Shown here: positions 1 through 11,640 of the stretch, piece after piece
Layout of the letters: each line of letters begins with the position of its first letter
How positions within the stretch are numbered: position 1 is the stretch's first letter
Source of the DNA: an uncultured Methanosarcinaceae archaeon
Lineage (GTDB): Archaea; Halobacteriota; Methanosarcinia; Methanosarcinales; Methanosarcinaceae
Length of the DNA: 64,000 bases
Assembly (NCBI GenBank): GCA_963727895.1
Contig: CAVSHT010000005.1
Coordinates: forward strand, 128,001 to 192,000
Reading direction: 5' to 3'
The notes under the pieces: generated by a model
What the model was told of the DNA's origin: nothing
The model's database searches: none
What the model saw: the letters and a program-made list of their open reading frames with translations, nothing else
Translations under genes and position numbers: made by a program

Positions 1-1066
1 TCTGAATAACTCCTGAGGACATGAACAGAATGCTCATTATAAGTCCATGAGAAAACTGCTGGAACATAGCGCCTGAGACCGATAGAGCAACAAGGCCTGC
101 CGAACCCAGTAAAATATATCCCATGTGGCTTAAACTGGAGTAAGCGATCATGCGCTTGAGGTCTTTCTGCCTTAGAGCTACAAGTGCTCCGTACAATATG
201 CTGAAAGCTCCAAGCAAGCCCAGAATAGTAATCAGAAGTTGAGGATTACCAGTATTCGGGAGCATGGGACGTGAAATTCTGAAAAGCCCGTATCCTCCGA
301 TTTTGAGCAGAATAAAGAGTACGCTACCTGCTGTTGGAGCTTCAGTATAAGCATCCGGAAGCCAGGAATGGAAAGGAAAAGTCGGCAGTTTTGTCAGGAA
401 CCCAAAAATGATTGATAGGAAAATTGCATTTCTTAATGTGCCAGATCCTAAAAACTGAAACTGTCCAATCAGTTCTCTTATGTCAAAAGTAGGAACTCCT
501 GTATGTTGTAAGGAGGCATAAAAGAGCCCGAAAATCCCAAGAAGCATTACCAGGGAGGCAATATGCGTGTAGATAAAGAATTTATAAAATGCATGGACCC
601 GTTTTTCTCCCCCCAGATATTTACCATGAAGAAGAGAGGAATCAAAGTAAGCTCCCAGAAGATATAGAAGACCAGGAAATCAAGAGCTACAAAGACTCCT
701 ATAACTGCAGCCTGCATAGTAAGGATAAGTCCGTAGAACCTGTTTGGAGAATCTCTGTCTTCTTTCCAGCTATAAATAATCATGAATGGGATAACTATTG
801 CATTCAGCAGGATCAGGGGCATGGAAATTCCGTCAACTCCAACTGAATAATTGACTCCTAGTGAGGGAATCCATTTTATAGATTCCAAAAATTGCATGGA
901 AGCCGTGCTGCTGTCAAAGTTCAGGTAGGTTATAAAGGGTAAGGCAAAGAGTTGCAAGGGACCCTAAAAAAGCCATGCTTGCAGCCTGTTCTTTGGTTTT
1001 TGTGAAAAAGGTCACTGCTGCGAAAATCAGCGGCACCAGAATCAACATTGATGCGACCGGCAGCAT
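1..1066 (-). pseudogene. fpoM: F420H2 dehydrogenase subunit M (NuoM-like), frameshifted, runs off the window
   Basis: ATG at 1066 (MLPVASMLIL), frame breaks near 970 and 605; pieces read FYIFWELTLIP, KLPTFPFHSWLPDAYTEAP and RMIAYSSLSHMG. Confidence 0.9.
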
Positions 1067-2803
1067 CAGAATACCTCCATTATTAACTTAACAAGTATTA
1101 TCAGCAGGCTCACACCAGCAACTACTGCAGTTGCGTAAGTCTGGACAACTCCTGTCTGAATTTTCCGGATTTCTTCACTTGCACCGACTGTAAGAATTTC
1201 GATTCCTTCCACGATGCTGTCAATAATCACATCAAGAACCTGCGAAAGGAAAGCAATGACTCCATATACGATTCCAAGTGAGAAAAACTCGGTATATATT
1301 TCATGCTGGTAATAGCGCTTGTAAAGCAGCCTGTAAATTGGATTTTTCATGGAAGCGAGCAGCCCGAGTTTAATAGTCCTCAGATAATAGATCACAAAAG
1401 CAACTGCAAGACCTGCAACGGCGACTATCATCGGAAGCCACTGGACAAAGAGAGATTCGTTTCCTGCTGCCTCTACAATCTCATTTCGACCTAAAGCTGC
1501 AAGGCTTCCGATGTCAAGATTCACGAAGCTGTTTGCAAATGTTTCTTTGACGAAATCCATAAATCCTGTTTTTGTCAATCCTCCAAACACAAGGGAAAAG
1601 ATTGCCAGAATGGAGAGAGGGATTGTCATAATGGCAGGAGACTCATGTCCATGATAGTTGCTTCTCGGCTTTCCTGTAAAGGTCATGAAAATTAACCTGA
1701 AGATATAAATTGAAGTAAGAAGTGCAGCCGCAATTGAAAACAGATAAGGAATCCAGTTGTTACTGTGTTCTCCAAAAAGATAGGCAGCCTCGATAATTGC
1801 ATCTTTTGAGAAGAAACCGCTTGTTCCTATAGCGGTTCCTGGTATTCCGAAACCTGCGAGGGCAAGGGCTGCAATTGCCATAGTAGCTGCCGTAATAGGC
1901 ATTACCTTTCCTACGTCTCCGAGCTCCCTCATGTCCTGGGTGCCAACTGCGTGGATTACACTGCCTGCACAGAGGAAAAGGAGTGCTTTAAAGAAAGCAT
2001 GGTTAATCAGGTGAAAAAGAAAAATCCCGACTGCTTCAAGCCCAATTGCAGAGCCTATTCCCAGACCAAGCATCATGTACCCAAGCTGACTTATGGTTGA
2101 GTAAGCAAGCACACGTTTGATATCGTTCATCACAATGCCCATTGTGCCTGCAAAAAGGGCAGTAAAACCTCCAATATAGGCAACTACCATAAGGATATCA
2201 GGTGCTGCCATAAACATAGGGTTTCAGGAGATCAGATATCAGTACAATGATTCCTGTAAGAAACATCACGTCTCCAACCCTGGTTGTCAGGAAAGCTTTT
2301 TTTGCAGCTGCTGCAGCTGATGGTCTTTCAAACCAGAAACCAATTAAGAGATAGGAACACAGACCTACAAGTTCCCAGGAAACAAAGAACTGAAGGATAT
2401 TGTCAGAAAGTACGAGGGAGAGCATTGCTGCTGTAAAAAGTGCCGTTTCTGCGAAATATCTGGGCTTTCCGGGATCATGGGACATATAACTGACTGCATA
2501 GATATGGATCAGAAAGCTAACAAAAGAGACCATTGAGAACATTACTGCAGCCAGAGGATCGATCAACACTCCAATATTAAAAACTGCAAACCAGGGATAG
2601 GATTGGCTTATAACCTCTTCGGGGTTTGCTAACAGCTTTAGAGTAATCAGTAAAGAAATTATGAAGGAAGCGGCAATTGAAAGTATAGGAACTATTGCTC
2701 CACCAGAAGGCATTTTTCGGCCAAAGAAGAAAGTGATTACAAAAGCCAGTGCAGGAAGCAGAGGAATTAGAAATGTAAATTCTTCCAGAGCCGTTTTTAA
2801 CAC
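1066..2803 (-). pseudogene. fpoL: F420H2 dehydrogenase subunit L (NuoL-like), out-of-frame internal deletion
   Basis: ORFs 2198-2803 and 1066-2217; at ~2221 DLLK is joined directly to PMFMAAP, so the conserved GKS.QFPLH.WLPDAMEGPT segment is absent. Confidence 0.9.
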
Positions 2804-3099
2804 CTCAGAATATTGAGTTCATCAAGGTGGATTTTATCGTGCATTTTGTAGATTGCCATAAGGATTGCAAATCCTACCGCTGCTTCGGCAGCTGCAAGAG
2901 CAATTGAAAATATGGCAAAAACCTGTCCGTTCAGGGTGTCAGTATAACTTGAAAAAGCTACAAGGTTCAGGTTTGCAGAGTTGAGCATAAGCTCTATGCA
3001 CATAATCATCCTGATTCCGTTTTTATGTGTCATTACGCCGTAAAGTCCAATTGAAAAAAGCAGAACTGCAAGCCCAAGATAAAAATTTAAAGGAATCAT
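2797..3099 (-). CDS. fpoK: F420H2 dehydrogenase subunit K
   Basis: NuoK motifs IELMLN and [10 protein letters not shown]; operon position. Confidence 0.92.
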   Translation of the reverse strand: MIPLNFYLGLAVLLFSIGLYGVMTHKNGIRMIMCIELMLNSANLNLVAFSSYTDTLNGQVFAIFSIALAAAEAAVGFAILMAIYKMHDKIHLDELNILRC

Positions 3100-3102
3100 C
3101 TG

Positions 3103-3348
3103 TTACCCTCCCCCTTTTGCCATGTAAATCGCTCCGATAAGCGATGCGAGCAGAACAATTGAAAGGACCTCAAAAGGCACTACGTAATGAGTAAAGATCA
3201 GCATGCCTATACCCTCTATATTACTCTGGTCAGCTGGGTTTTGAGGAAGTTCAGAAACTGTTTTCCAGGAAGTTCCAAAAGCCCCAATAACCACAACAAC
3301 TGTAAAGAGTAAAGCTACAAGAAAAGCTAAAGGCCGATTAATCCGCAT
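3103..3348 (-). CDS. fpoJ2: F420H2 dehydrogenase subunit J2 (C-terminal half of NuoJ)
   Basis: IGMLIFTHYVVPFEVLSIVLL; ATG at 3348; the last codons may be shifted in a G run. Confidence 0.85.
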   Translation of the reverse strand: MRINRPLAFLVALLFTVVVVIGAFGTSWKTVSELPQNPADQSNIEGIGMLIFTHYVVPFEVLSIVLLASLIGAIYMAKGGG

Positions 3349-3628
3349 CGAGTTCACCCCCAATCTCGCGCTTTGTAAGCATAACTGCAAAAAGAATCAA
3401 AACCCCAATTGCTCCGATGTAAACCAAAACCTGAATTATTCCCAGAAACTGGGCATTCAAGAGAATATATAAAGCTGCAACTCCAAGCATGCACATAATG
3501 AGAGACAGTCCGGCTCTGACAACATCCTTTGCAGCCACCACGAAAACTGCAAAGAATAGTGTAATTATAGCAAGAATTACAAAAACAGCCATTTCCAGAA
3601 CTGCTCCGATTGTTTCAAATCCGATCAT
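3338..3628 (-). CDS. fpoJ1: F420H2 dehydrogenase subunit J1
   Basis: NuoJ motif AQFLGIIQVLVYIGAIGVL. Confidence 0.9.
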   Translation of the reverse strand: MIGFETIGAVLEMAVFVILAIITLFFAVFVVAAKDVVRAGLSLIMCMLGVAALYILLNAQFLGIIQVLVYIGAIGVLILFAVMLTKREIGGELDAD

Positions 3629-4035
3629 TTCTCGTCATCTTCTTCAAGACCGACTTCCCTTGCCAATTTATCAGGGGTCATGAGCAGGTCTTTGTGCTTC
3701 CATTTAACGAGACCTTTAGCGTATTCCTTGCCTCTTGAAAGCGCATCTGTTGGGCACTGGTCTATACAAAGCCCGCAGAAAAGGCAGTGTCCTATATCTA
3801 TCTCTGGGAACCATCGCTGTTTATCATTTCCCGGAGCAATCGGAGCTTTTACGATTTTTATTGCGGCGTTAGGACAGGTATTGGCGCAGATTCCACAGCC
3901 TATGCATTTCTTTTTATCAAGTATCTGAAGCCCTCTGAACCTGTCGGAAAGTTCGCTTGGTTTTTCCGGATACATCCTGGTTACAGGAGGTCTTTTGATG
4001 TTTCGAATTGCATATTTAATATTTTTAAGAACCAT
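3625..4035 (-). CDS. fpoI: F420H2 dehydrogenase subunit I (2x[4Fe-4S])
   Basis: Two CxxCxxCxxxCP motifs, T.MYPE and RFRG. Confidence 0.93.
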   Translation of the reverse strand: MVLKNIKYAIRNIKRPPVTRMYPEKPSELSDRFRGLQILDKKKCIGCGICANTCPNAAIKIVKAPIAPGNDKQRWFPEIDIGHCLFCGLCIDQCPTDALSRGKEYAKGLVKWKHKDLLMTPDKLAREVGLEEDDEK

Positions 4036-4038
4036 AAT

Positions 4039-5079
4039 TCACGCCCCCAGGTAAAGTCCAATCCCCACAGCCCAGACAAGGTTTAAAAGAGCAAGAGGAA
4101 GCAATTTTTTCCAGCTAAGGTCAACAACCTGGTCAATCCTGAACCTCGGAACAGCCCATCTGAGCCCGATAATCACCATAAGTACAAAGATAGCTTTGAT
4201 AAGCAGGAAACCTGTTGGAGCAATAAGGCCAAGTACAGAATTATTTGCAACAAAGCCTGGCACGTTCCAACCGCCAAGGAAGAGAAGGGCTACAAGAAAA
4301 GAACCAAGGATCATGTGGATGTATTCAGCAAAGAAACCGAGCTCGAAACGCATTCCACAATATTCCGTTATCCACCCTGCGATCAATTCTTCTTCTGACT
4401 CGTTCTGGTCAAAAGGAAGTCTTCCCATATCAGCCATGAGTGCCACGGAGAATACAAAACATCCCAGAGGCTGCAAGAAAATATTCCAATGAAGACCCTG
4501 AGCACTCGAAATGTCTACTATATTAAGCAAACCTATCATAGCAGCTACACTTATTACTGTTATTCCGAGAGGTACTTCATACCCGACCATCCGGGCAAAG
4601 TTTCGAAAAGCCCCTTAAAGGGAATATTTATTGTTCGAACCGTAAGCCACCATGAAAATTCCAAAAATGGATAATGCAGATACAGCTTCGATGTAAAGAA
4701 CGCTGATGTCCATCTGGGTGACTGCAAGCGGATATTCGACTCCATTAATAAAGATTGCACCTACAGGAAAGGCAACAAGCATAAGAAAAACAGAACCAAG
4801 CATGAAAATGTTAGCATTATTAAAAAGTAAACTGTCAGCATTCAGTGGTTTCAGGTCTTCTTTAGTGAAAAGTTTGATTGCATCAGCTACAAGCTGCAGA
4901 AGCCCATATTTTCCTACTCGGCATGGCCCCATTCGGGTCTGGATGTCAGCAGAAAGCTTTCGTTCAAGCCAAACAGCTCCCATTGCTCCAATGAAAATAA
5001 TTCCAATTAGAAGAAGGCCGACAATTCCTCGGATCCAGGGAATTAAAGGAACTATAGACTCAGGAATTACTATTGCCAT
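4039..5079 (-). pseudogene. fpoH: F420H2 dehydrogenase subunit H with an in-frame nonsense codon
   Basis: NuoH motifs WLERK, ADAIKL and RLPFD..E.EEEL; in-frame TAA at 4615-4617 (KYSL*GAFRNFARMVGYE). Confidence 0.92.
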
Positions 5080-6028
5080 CAAAATCACCTACCCTGTAAA
5101 ATACCTCACCGGCAGGAACTCTCATTACAGGCGTTCTCTTGCCATAAAAAGTATTTTCGGGGAAGAGAGGACCATTTGGGATCTGATCGAAGCATTGTTC
5201 CAGGATATAGATACTTTCCCTGATTTCGTTAATTCTGACCTGCACTCTTGCAAAACAGTCTCCTTCGGTTTCGGTACAGACTTTAAAGTCAAGGTCTTTA
5301 TATACCAGATAAGACTCATTTTTCTGGATATCGAAAGGAACACCGGTTGCACGCAAAGGAGGCCCTGAAATCCCAAGATTCTTTGCGTCAGCAGCGGTCA
5401 GGACACCAACTCCGACAGTTCTTTCTCTGTAGATCCGGTCAGTGTGGAACATTTCTTCAAAATCGTCAACTGATTTTTTGAGGTTGTTGAGGATAGGAAT
5501 TACTTTTTCTTTAAATCCGTCCGGAAGGTTGTCACGTACTCCTCCAAACTTGAGATAGCTGTGAGTAATTCTGGCTCCTGTAATCATATCGATGAGGCTC
5601 AGGACTTCTTCTCTTTCCCTTATCGTGTACATGAACATGGAAACAAAACCTATGAACTCTCCAAACTCATCCATACCCAGCAAGTGACTTTGAATTCTTG
5701 TAAGCTCCTCAAGAATAACCCTGATATATTGAGACCTCTCAGGCGGCTCGATACCAAGCAATTTCTCGGTACAGCCTACAAAACATTCTTCGTTTACAAG
5801 GGCTACAAGATAACAGATCCTGTCAACGATTGTGATTCCCTGAAGGTAAGTCTTGTTTTCCAGGATTTTTTCAATGCCTTTATGGATGAAACCCAATTCT
5901 ATGTCAGCATCTACGAATGTTTCTCCTTTTAACCTCAGGTTTAGCCTGAAAGGACCAGGCTGCATGGGATGCTGAGGACCCAGATGTACGATCATCTCAT
6001 TTGGTTCAAGTTGTTCTTCCATTTTCAT
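5060..6028 (-). pseudogene. fpoD: F420H2 dehydrogenase subunit D, C-terminally deleted
   Basis: GPQHP, HKGIEK and DRICY present; after GEVFYRV the sequence runs directly into the fpoH RBS (AGGTGA), so the E.PRGE...DR tail is missing. Confidence 0.9.
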
Positions 6029-6030
6029 CC

Positions 6031-6506
6031 TCACACCAGATTTCTGGTTGTTTTATTCGGAAAAACCTTCGTAATCTTTCCTGAGGGGCCATTCTCCAAG
6101 CATATCTTCAGGAAGTATAAGTGGCTTAAGATTTGAGTGGTTTTTAAACAGAATTCCGTAAAGCTCGTAAGTTTCCCTTTCATACCAGTTTGCGTTCCAG
6201 TATACTGATACAATGGACTCAATTTCCGGTTTTCCCTAGGAAGTTTGGCCTTGAGCGTCAGGACTACAGGATGGTCATACGATGCGATATGATAAACCAC
6301 TTCGAGCTCATTCCTTTTTATGTAGTCCACCCCACAAACTGAGCAGAGATGATCGAATTGAAGGGAAGCCTTAGGTACTGGCAGACTTCTTTTGCCTTCT
6401 CTTTATCCACATATGCCTTTGCGCGGATATCGGATTCTGCGGCTACTTCGATAATTGATTCTGGAAACGTGTCTGACAATGACGTGAGAATTTCTGTGAC
6501 ATCCAT
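6031..6506 (-). pseudogene. fpoC: F420H2 dehydrogenase subunit C, several frameshifts
   Basis: Split ORFs 6318-6506 and 6031-6330; NuoC motifs (VVYHI, ANWYERETYE, PLRKDY) lie in different frames. Confidence 0.88.
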
Positions 6507-6520
6507 AATTTTCCCTCGAA

Positions 6521-6589
6521 TAACTCTAAAACTTCAGAGGAACCTCAGTAACCTTAACTCTAAAAACTTCGGAGAAGACCCAGTAACCT
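6521..6589. repeat. Imperfect ~35-bp tandem duplication between fpoB and fpoC
   Basis: TAACTCTAAAACTTCAGAGGAACCTCAGTAACCT followed by TAACTCTAAAAACTTCGGAGAAGACCCAGTAACCT. Confidence 0.7.
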
Positions 6590-7140
6590 TAATACTCCGA
6601 GCCCAGGTCTTTTTTTGCTTTGATTTTTTCCTGTAGTTCTACAAATCCCTGAAGCATTGCTTCGGGTCTTGGAGGACATCCCAGAACGAAAACATCGATC
6701 GGAAAGATTTCATCAATGTTCTGAACTGTACTATATGACTCATAAAATGGACCGCCACTAATTGAACAGTCTCCAATAGCAATGACCCATTTCGGCGATG
6801 GCATCTGTTCCCATAGTCTCTTTAAAGCAGGGAGGTATTTTTTTGTCACATAGCCGCTGATGAGCATGACATCAGCCTGTCTGGGAGAGTTCCTGGGTAT
6901 GATCCCGAAACGATCAGTGTCGTAATGGACACATCCCATCGCAATCATTTCGACTCCACAGCAGCCCATTGGCTGAGTCATAAACCATAGAGGGTTTTTT
7001 CTACCCCAGTTAATAAAGTCCTGAACTTTAGTTTTCTTGAGAAAGTAACTGATTGCATTACTTGTTGTTGTGATAACTCCAGGAATTTCTTCCTCCATGG
7101 TTCCATCGGGATTACTCGTTTTTTTCTTTATTTCACCCAT
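6589..7140 (-). CDS. fpoB: F420H2 dehydrogenase subunit B
   Basis: NuoB motifs GCCGVEM, SPRQAD, GDC and GCPPRPE. Confidence 0.93.
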   Translation of the reverse strand: MGEIKKKTSNPDGTMEEEIPGVITTTSNAISYFLKKTKVQDFINWGRKNPLWFMTQPMGCCGVEMIAMGCVHYDTDRFGIIPRNSPRQADVMLISGYVTKKYLPALKRLWEQMPSPKWVIAIGDCSISGGPFYESYSTVQNIDEIFPIDVFVLGCPPRPEAMLQGFVELQEKIKAKKDLGSEY

Positions 7141-7502
7141 TTCAGAGCCTCCTTCCTCCAGAGATAAATGTACCCGAAAAGCAGTATCAAAATAAAAGCA
7201 AACATCTCAACCACTGCAATTAAGGTGATCCCATGTCCTCTGTAGACTGTAACCCATGGGTAAAGAAAAAGTACCTCAACATCAAAGAGCACAAAAGCAA
7301 TCGCATAAAGATAGTATTCAACATTGAACTGGATCCTTGCAGTTCCTGTGGGAACTGAGCCAGATTCATATGTCGTGTATTTGCCGGCTGCCTTGCTTCT
7401 CGGGCTCAGCAGCTTTACCATAAACATTGTCATTGGAGGCATGACAATTGCCACGATAAGGAATATTGCAACTGATATGTAGCTATCAATTATTCCAGGC
7501 AT
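7128..7502 (-). CDS. fpoA: F420H2 dehydrogenase subunit A
   Basis: NuoA motifs YESG and FVLFDVE; RBS AGGTGA before ATG 7502. Confidence 0.92.
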   Translation of the reverse strand: MPGIIDSYISVAIFLIVAIVMPPMTMFMVKLLSPRSKAAGKYTTYESGSVPTGTARIQFNVEYYLYAIAFVLFDVEVLFLYPWVTVYRGHGITLIAVVEMFAFILILLFGYIYLWRKEALKWVK

Positions 7503-7821
7503 TAATATCACCTATTAAGGTATAGCGACCTGAATCACAACATTAAATAACATCGATTGTAAGTTTTTGGACAAAAAAACTGTATCAGAACTACCTGTTT
7601 AAGAGCAAGCGCTTTTAATTTAGGTAAATGTGTCCTCTACAAATGCTTGAATCCACAGGTCCTTGTATTTCAACAAAAGATTCCTGTATGCAGGCATTTG
7701 CTTCTGAGTTCTGAAAATTCAGATTTTTCCCCCCAAATAGTACAACAAATTGCAAGAAGTTCTTGAGAACTCCTGCTTCGGCAGCATAGATCCAAATGAG
7801 TGAAATTAGTATAATTAATTG

Positions 7822-8560
7822 GGTATTGTTAACTAAACATAGTTAACTCTTTATTTCTGTATTTCATCAATAGAATAACCGAGTACTTTAGCATTTCAAG
7901 ACTTTTTTATAACACTTTGTCTTTCTTCTCAATCTTGCCAAAAAGTGCTTCAATATGCTGTTATATCCTTCAACAGTATACGTTTCTGCTTTTGATTGAG
8001 TATGAATCGTTTCAGGAAGAAACTCTGCATATGCTCTCCAGTGATCTGTCATCACTTCTCCAATCTCTTTTTTCTTCAATTTTTCCCAGAGTAGTTTTCC
8101 AGTTTCCGTTCCTCTGCTACCAAAAGAGCAGTTGATGAACTTTTTCCCAACTCTATCAACAGCAATCCAGATCCAGCAATATTTTTTTTGTTACCGATGT
8201 AAGTGTGCATCTCATCCATTTCAACAATAGATATCTCATTTTCACTTTTTAGGTCCTCTCACTCTTGACCAAATTTCTTTATCCATTTTTGGACAGAAAC
8301 ATGACTCACCCCTAAAACTCTTCCTATTGAACGAAAGCCCAATCCTTCAAGGTAAAATTGTAAAGCCTGTCTTTTAACAGAGGCGGAAAAAGCAGTTGAT
8401 TTTAGCTCTACTGTATAGTTATAGCCACAATCAGAGCATTTGTACCGTTAACGCCCGCCAACTATACCATTATTTTTGTGACTGGAACTATTACATTTTG
8501 GGCAGTTCATGAAGAAATATATGTTATAAGTATACATATCTATTTTTGTTTACCAATGCA
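7822..8560 (-). mobile_element. IS1-family element, copy 1 (defective)
   Basis: InsA zinc finger plus InsB (DEMH, TDHW, VEGYN); imperfect terminal IRs; 8-bp TSD ATTAATTG/ATTAATCG; TAA within insA. Confidence 0.9.
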
Positions 8561-9148
8561 ATTAATCGTTCTAGAAATTAGCCCCACAAATAAATAAAGG
8601 ATTATTTATAGTTATTTGCTAGATACTTAATATTATATAAATATTAAGTTTTAATAATTAAACTAACTTTTCTTAAAATATATATATGTCTAAAAAATCA
8701 GAGTAAAAGCAGTAGCTTGTTATGAAATTATACACAAAACATGAATCTGTTATTATTCTTATATTTTTTAACACCCAATAATATAAGTCTCCCATCATAT
8801 AACTGTAATTTAATAAGTGTAGATAATTATATATATAGTTTTATTGTTTCAAATTAAATAAAAAGTTTGTATATAGAATATAAATAATCGTGAAGAATCA
8901 AGAAAAAGAGATATGAAGTTTTTCAGGTAGTTAAAACATAAAAATAGTTATAAACTGAAATATCAGTAATAAACTAGTTATTATTACATATCAAAATTGT
9001 TTTTGAATAATAAATAAAAATTATTACTAGAATAATAGTTGCTTCATTAACGACAAAGAGAAAATTAAACTCCTGAATAATATACTGAGGTATACAGACC
9101 AATACATTATAATAAGTCTTTTCATCATAGAAAAGCTGGTGGAATCGT

Positions 9149-9310
9149 ATGAAGACTAACGATAACTGTGTAGGATGTGGTCAGTGTGTCTCCTTTTGCA
9201 AGAAAGAAGCAATCGAGGTAAAAGGAAAGGCAAGAGCCACTGATGCCTGCATAGACTGTGGGAGCTGTATTGCTTACTGTCCTGTAAAAGCCATAGAGGT
9301 GCCTGTATGA
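9149..9310 (+). CDS. 2x[4Fe-4S] ferredoxin, 53 aa (not in the ORF track)
   Basis: MKTNDNCVGCGQCVSFCKKEAI...CIDCGSCIAYCPVKAIEVPV; ATGA overlap with the next gene. Confidence 0.9.
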   Translation: MKTNDNCVGCGQCVSFCKKEAIEVKGKARATDACIDCGSCIAYCPVKAIEVPV

Positions 9311-10584
9311 AAGCAATTGTAATTGGTGCGGGGCTTGGAGGGCTTTTAAGTGCATCCAAGCTTTCAAATGCAGGTTACCAGGTCGAAATCTTTGAAAGGC
9401 TTCCTATTACAGGAGGAAGGTTTACAAATCTCAGTTATAAAGGGTTCCAGCTTTCGAGCGGAGCTTTCCATATATTACCTCATGGGCCTTCGGGCCCTTT
9501 AGCCAAAATTCTCACGGAAGTGGGGGCTGATGTAGAGATTGTAAGGTCAGACTTAACAATCTTACGTGTGCCTCAAAAAAAGGACAGCTCGGATTACAAG
9601 AAAGGCTTCAAAGATATTTCTTTTACTAATTTTTCCTCACTGCTCTCTCACAAAGATCGCCTGAAGATTGCTCTTCTTGTAGTAAGTACGCGAAAGAACC
9701 GTCCGACAGAGAAAACTCTGGAAGCATGGATCAAGTCTCAATTTAATGATGAATGGCTTTTGAGATTTGCCGATTCTTTTTGTGGCTGGGCATTGAGCCT
9801 TAAAAGTAGCGAAGTTCCAGTAGAAGAAATATTTGAAATTATTGAAAACATGTATATATTTGGCGGCCCAGGTGTTCCTATGGGTGGGTGCAAAGGAATA
9901 ACTGATTCTCTGGAAAGTGTAATTGCTGCAAATGGCGGAAAAATTCATACTGAAACAGAGGTTTCAAAAATTCTTGTGGAAAACGGGAAAGCTGCTGGCG
10001 TAATTATTGGTGAAGAGGCCCATAAAGCAGACCTTGTGATCAGTAATTTAGGACATGCTGCAACTGCCTCTCTTTGTGGGGACGCCCTTTCAGACGAGAA
10101 AGCTCTGGAATATCTAAGAAAAATTAAAACCCTGAAACCTTCTGCTGGAATAAAGATTTGTCTTGCTGCAGATGAACCACTTGTAGGGAATTCAGGCGTC
10201 CTCCTAACTCCATATACAAAAAGAGTAAATGGGATAAACGAGGTTACGCAGGTTGACCCGGGACTTGCTCCACCTGGCAAACATCTTACAATGTCTCACC
10301 AGTATGTAGCCCCCGAGAATGTGAAAAATCTTGAGGCTGAAATTGAACTGGGACTCCAGGACCTTAAAGATATTTTTCCCAACAAAAAATACGAAGTTCT
10401 GCTCATCCAATCATACCATGACAGTTGGCCTGTAAACAGGGCTGCTTCAGGTACAGATCCTGGTAATGAGACTCCAATTCCCGGACTTTATGTTGTAGGT
10501 GACGGAGCTAAAGGAAAAGGCGGTATTGAAGTCGAAGGAATTGCTCTCGGAGTAACTGCAACTATGAAGAAAATCCTAGACTGA
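9307..10584 (+). CDS. Phytoene desaturase-like FAD oxidoreductase (probable MA1492-type geranylgeranyl reductase)
   Basis: GAGLGG Rossmann motif, APPGKH and GLYVVGD; position between fpo and cofG as I recall it in M. acetivorans. Confidence 0.75.
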   Translation: MKAIVIGAGLGGLLSASKLSNAGYQVEIFERLPITGGRFTNLSYKGFQLSSGAFHILPHGPSGPLAKILTEVGADVEIVRSDLTILRVPQKKDSSDYKKGFKDISFTNFSSLLSHKDRLKIALLVVSTRKNRPTEKTLEAWIKSQFNDEWLLRFADSFCGWALSLKSSEVPVEEIFEIIENMYIFGGPGVPMGGCKGITDSLESVIAANGGKIHTETEVSKILVENGKAAGVIIGEEAHKADLVISNLGHAATASLCGDALSDEKALEYLRKIKTLKPSAGIKICLAADEPLVGNSGVLLTPYTKRVNGINEVTQVDPGLAPPGKHLTMSHQYVAPENVKNLEAEIELGLQDLKDIFPNKKYEVLLIQSYHDSWPVNRAASGTDPGNETPIPGLYVVGDGAKGKGGIEVEGIALGVTATMKKILD

Positions 10585-10608
10585 AATTTCAGAAAACAAA
10601 CCCAGCAG

Positions 10609-11616
10609 GTGTTTTACATTCAGGAAAATCCCAAATTTGTGACCTATTCAAAAAACGTTTTCATTCCTTTAACCAATATTTGCAGGAATCGCTGCGGTTA
10701 CTGCGGTTTTCGGCGGGATCCCGGACAACCGGGAGCCAGGCTTATGAAACCAGAAGAAATTCTTCCTGTACTTGAAAACGGAGTGAAAGCAGGGTGTATT
10801 GAAGCCCTTTTCACCTTTGGAGAGTATCCAGAGGAAATTTCGGAGTACAGGGAATGGCTTAAGGAACTTGGTTATTCTTCCACTCTTGAATACCTCCTTT
10901 TTCTCTGTGAAACTGCAATCGATCTTGGAATTATTCCTCATACGAATGCAGGAATTATGACACGCTCGGAACTGAAGGCTTTAAAGCCTTTGAATGCGAG
11001 CATGGGGCTAATGCTTGAGAGCACAGCAATCCTGGATGCCCATAAGGACTGTCCTGGAAAATTTCCAGAACTCAGGCTTAATACTATTAGGGAAGCTGGA
11101 AAGCTCCAGATTCCTTATACTACCGGCCTCCTTATAGGAATTGGGGAGAATAGAAAAGATAGAATAGAGTCTCTTGAAGCAATTGCGGATCTTCATAGAG
11201 AATACGGACATATTCAGGAAGTTATCATCCAGAATTTTGCCCCAAAATCTGGAACACCCATGGAAAACTTTCCTGTGCCCTCAATAGAAGAAATGACTGA
11301 TACTATATGTCTGGCCAGACAGGTTCTTCCTTCTGACATAGCGGTACAGGTTGCCCCAAATCTCATAGACCCTAAAGCCCTTATTTCAAAAGGAGTGACT
11401 GACCTTGGAGGCATATCTCCGCTGACAATTGATTGGATTAATCCTGAAGCCGAATGGCCTGATGTAAAAGATCTGCAGGATAAACTGAAGCCTATTTTGC
11501 TCAGGGAACGCCTGCCAATTTACCCTCAATATGTAAAAAAAGAATGGTATTCAAACAGGATAAGTGGACTTATAGAACAACTCTCAGATACCGATGGTTA
11601 CAGAAAAAAACCCTGA
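10609..11616 (+). CDS. cofG: FO synthase subunit 1
   Basis: TYSKNVFIPLT, CxxxCxxC, PHTNAG, HIQEVIIQNF and DLGGISP. Confidence 0.95.
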   Translation: MFYIQENPKFVTYSKNVFIPLTNICRNRCGYCGFRRDPGQPGARLMKPEEILPVLENGVKAGCIEALFTFGEYPEEISEYREWLKELGYSSTLEYLLFLCETAIDLGIIPHTNAGIMTRSELKALKPLNASMGLMLESTAILDAHKDCPGKFPELRLNTIREAGKLQIPYTTGLLIGIGENRKDRIESLEAIADLHREYGHIQEVIIQNFAPKSGTPMENFPVPSIEEMTDTICLARQVLPSDIAVQVAPNLIDPKALISKGVTDLGGISPLTIDWINPEAEWPDVKDLQDKLKPILLRERLPIYPQYVKKEWYSNRISGLIEQLSDTDGYRKKP

Positions 11617-11640
11617 CAGGGCATGAGGAGTAATTGAAAA

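Noticed and set aside
4615..4617. Recoding of the fpoH stop
   Set aside because: The codon is TAA, not TAG/TGA, and the operon is broken at many other sites
7580..7810. Possible fpoP or leader ORF remnant
   Set aside because: No recognisable motif or intact frame
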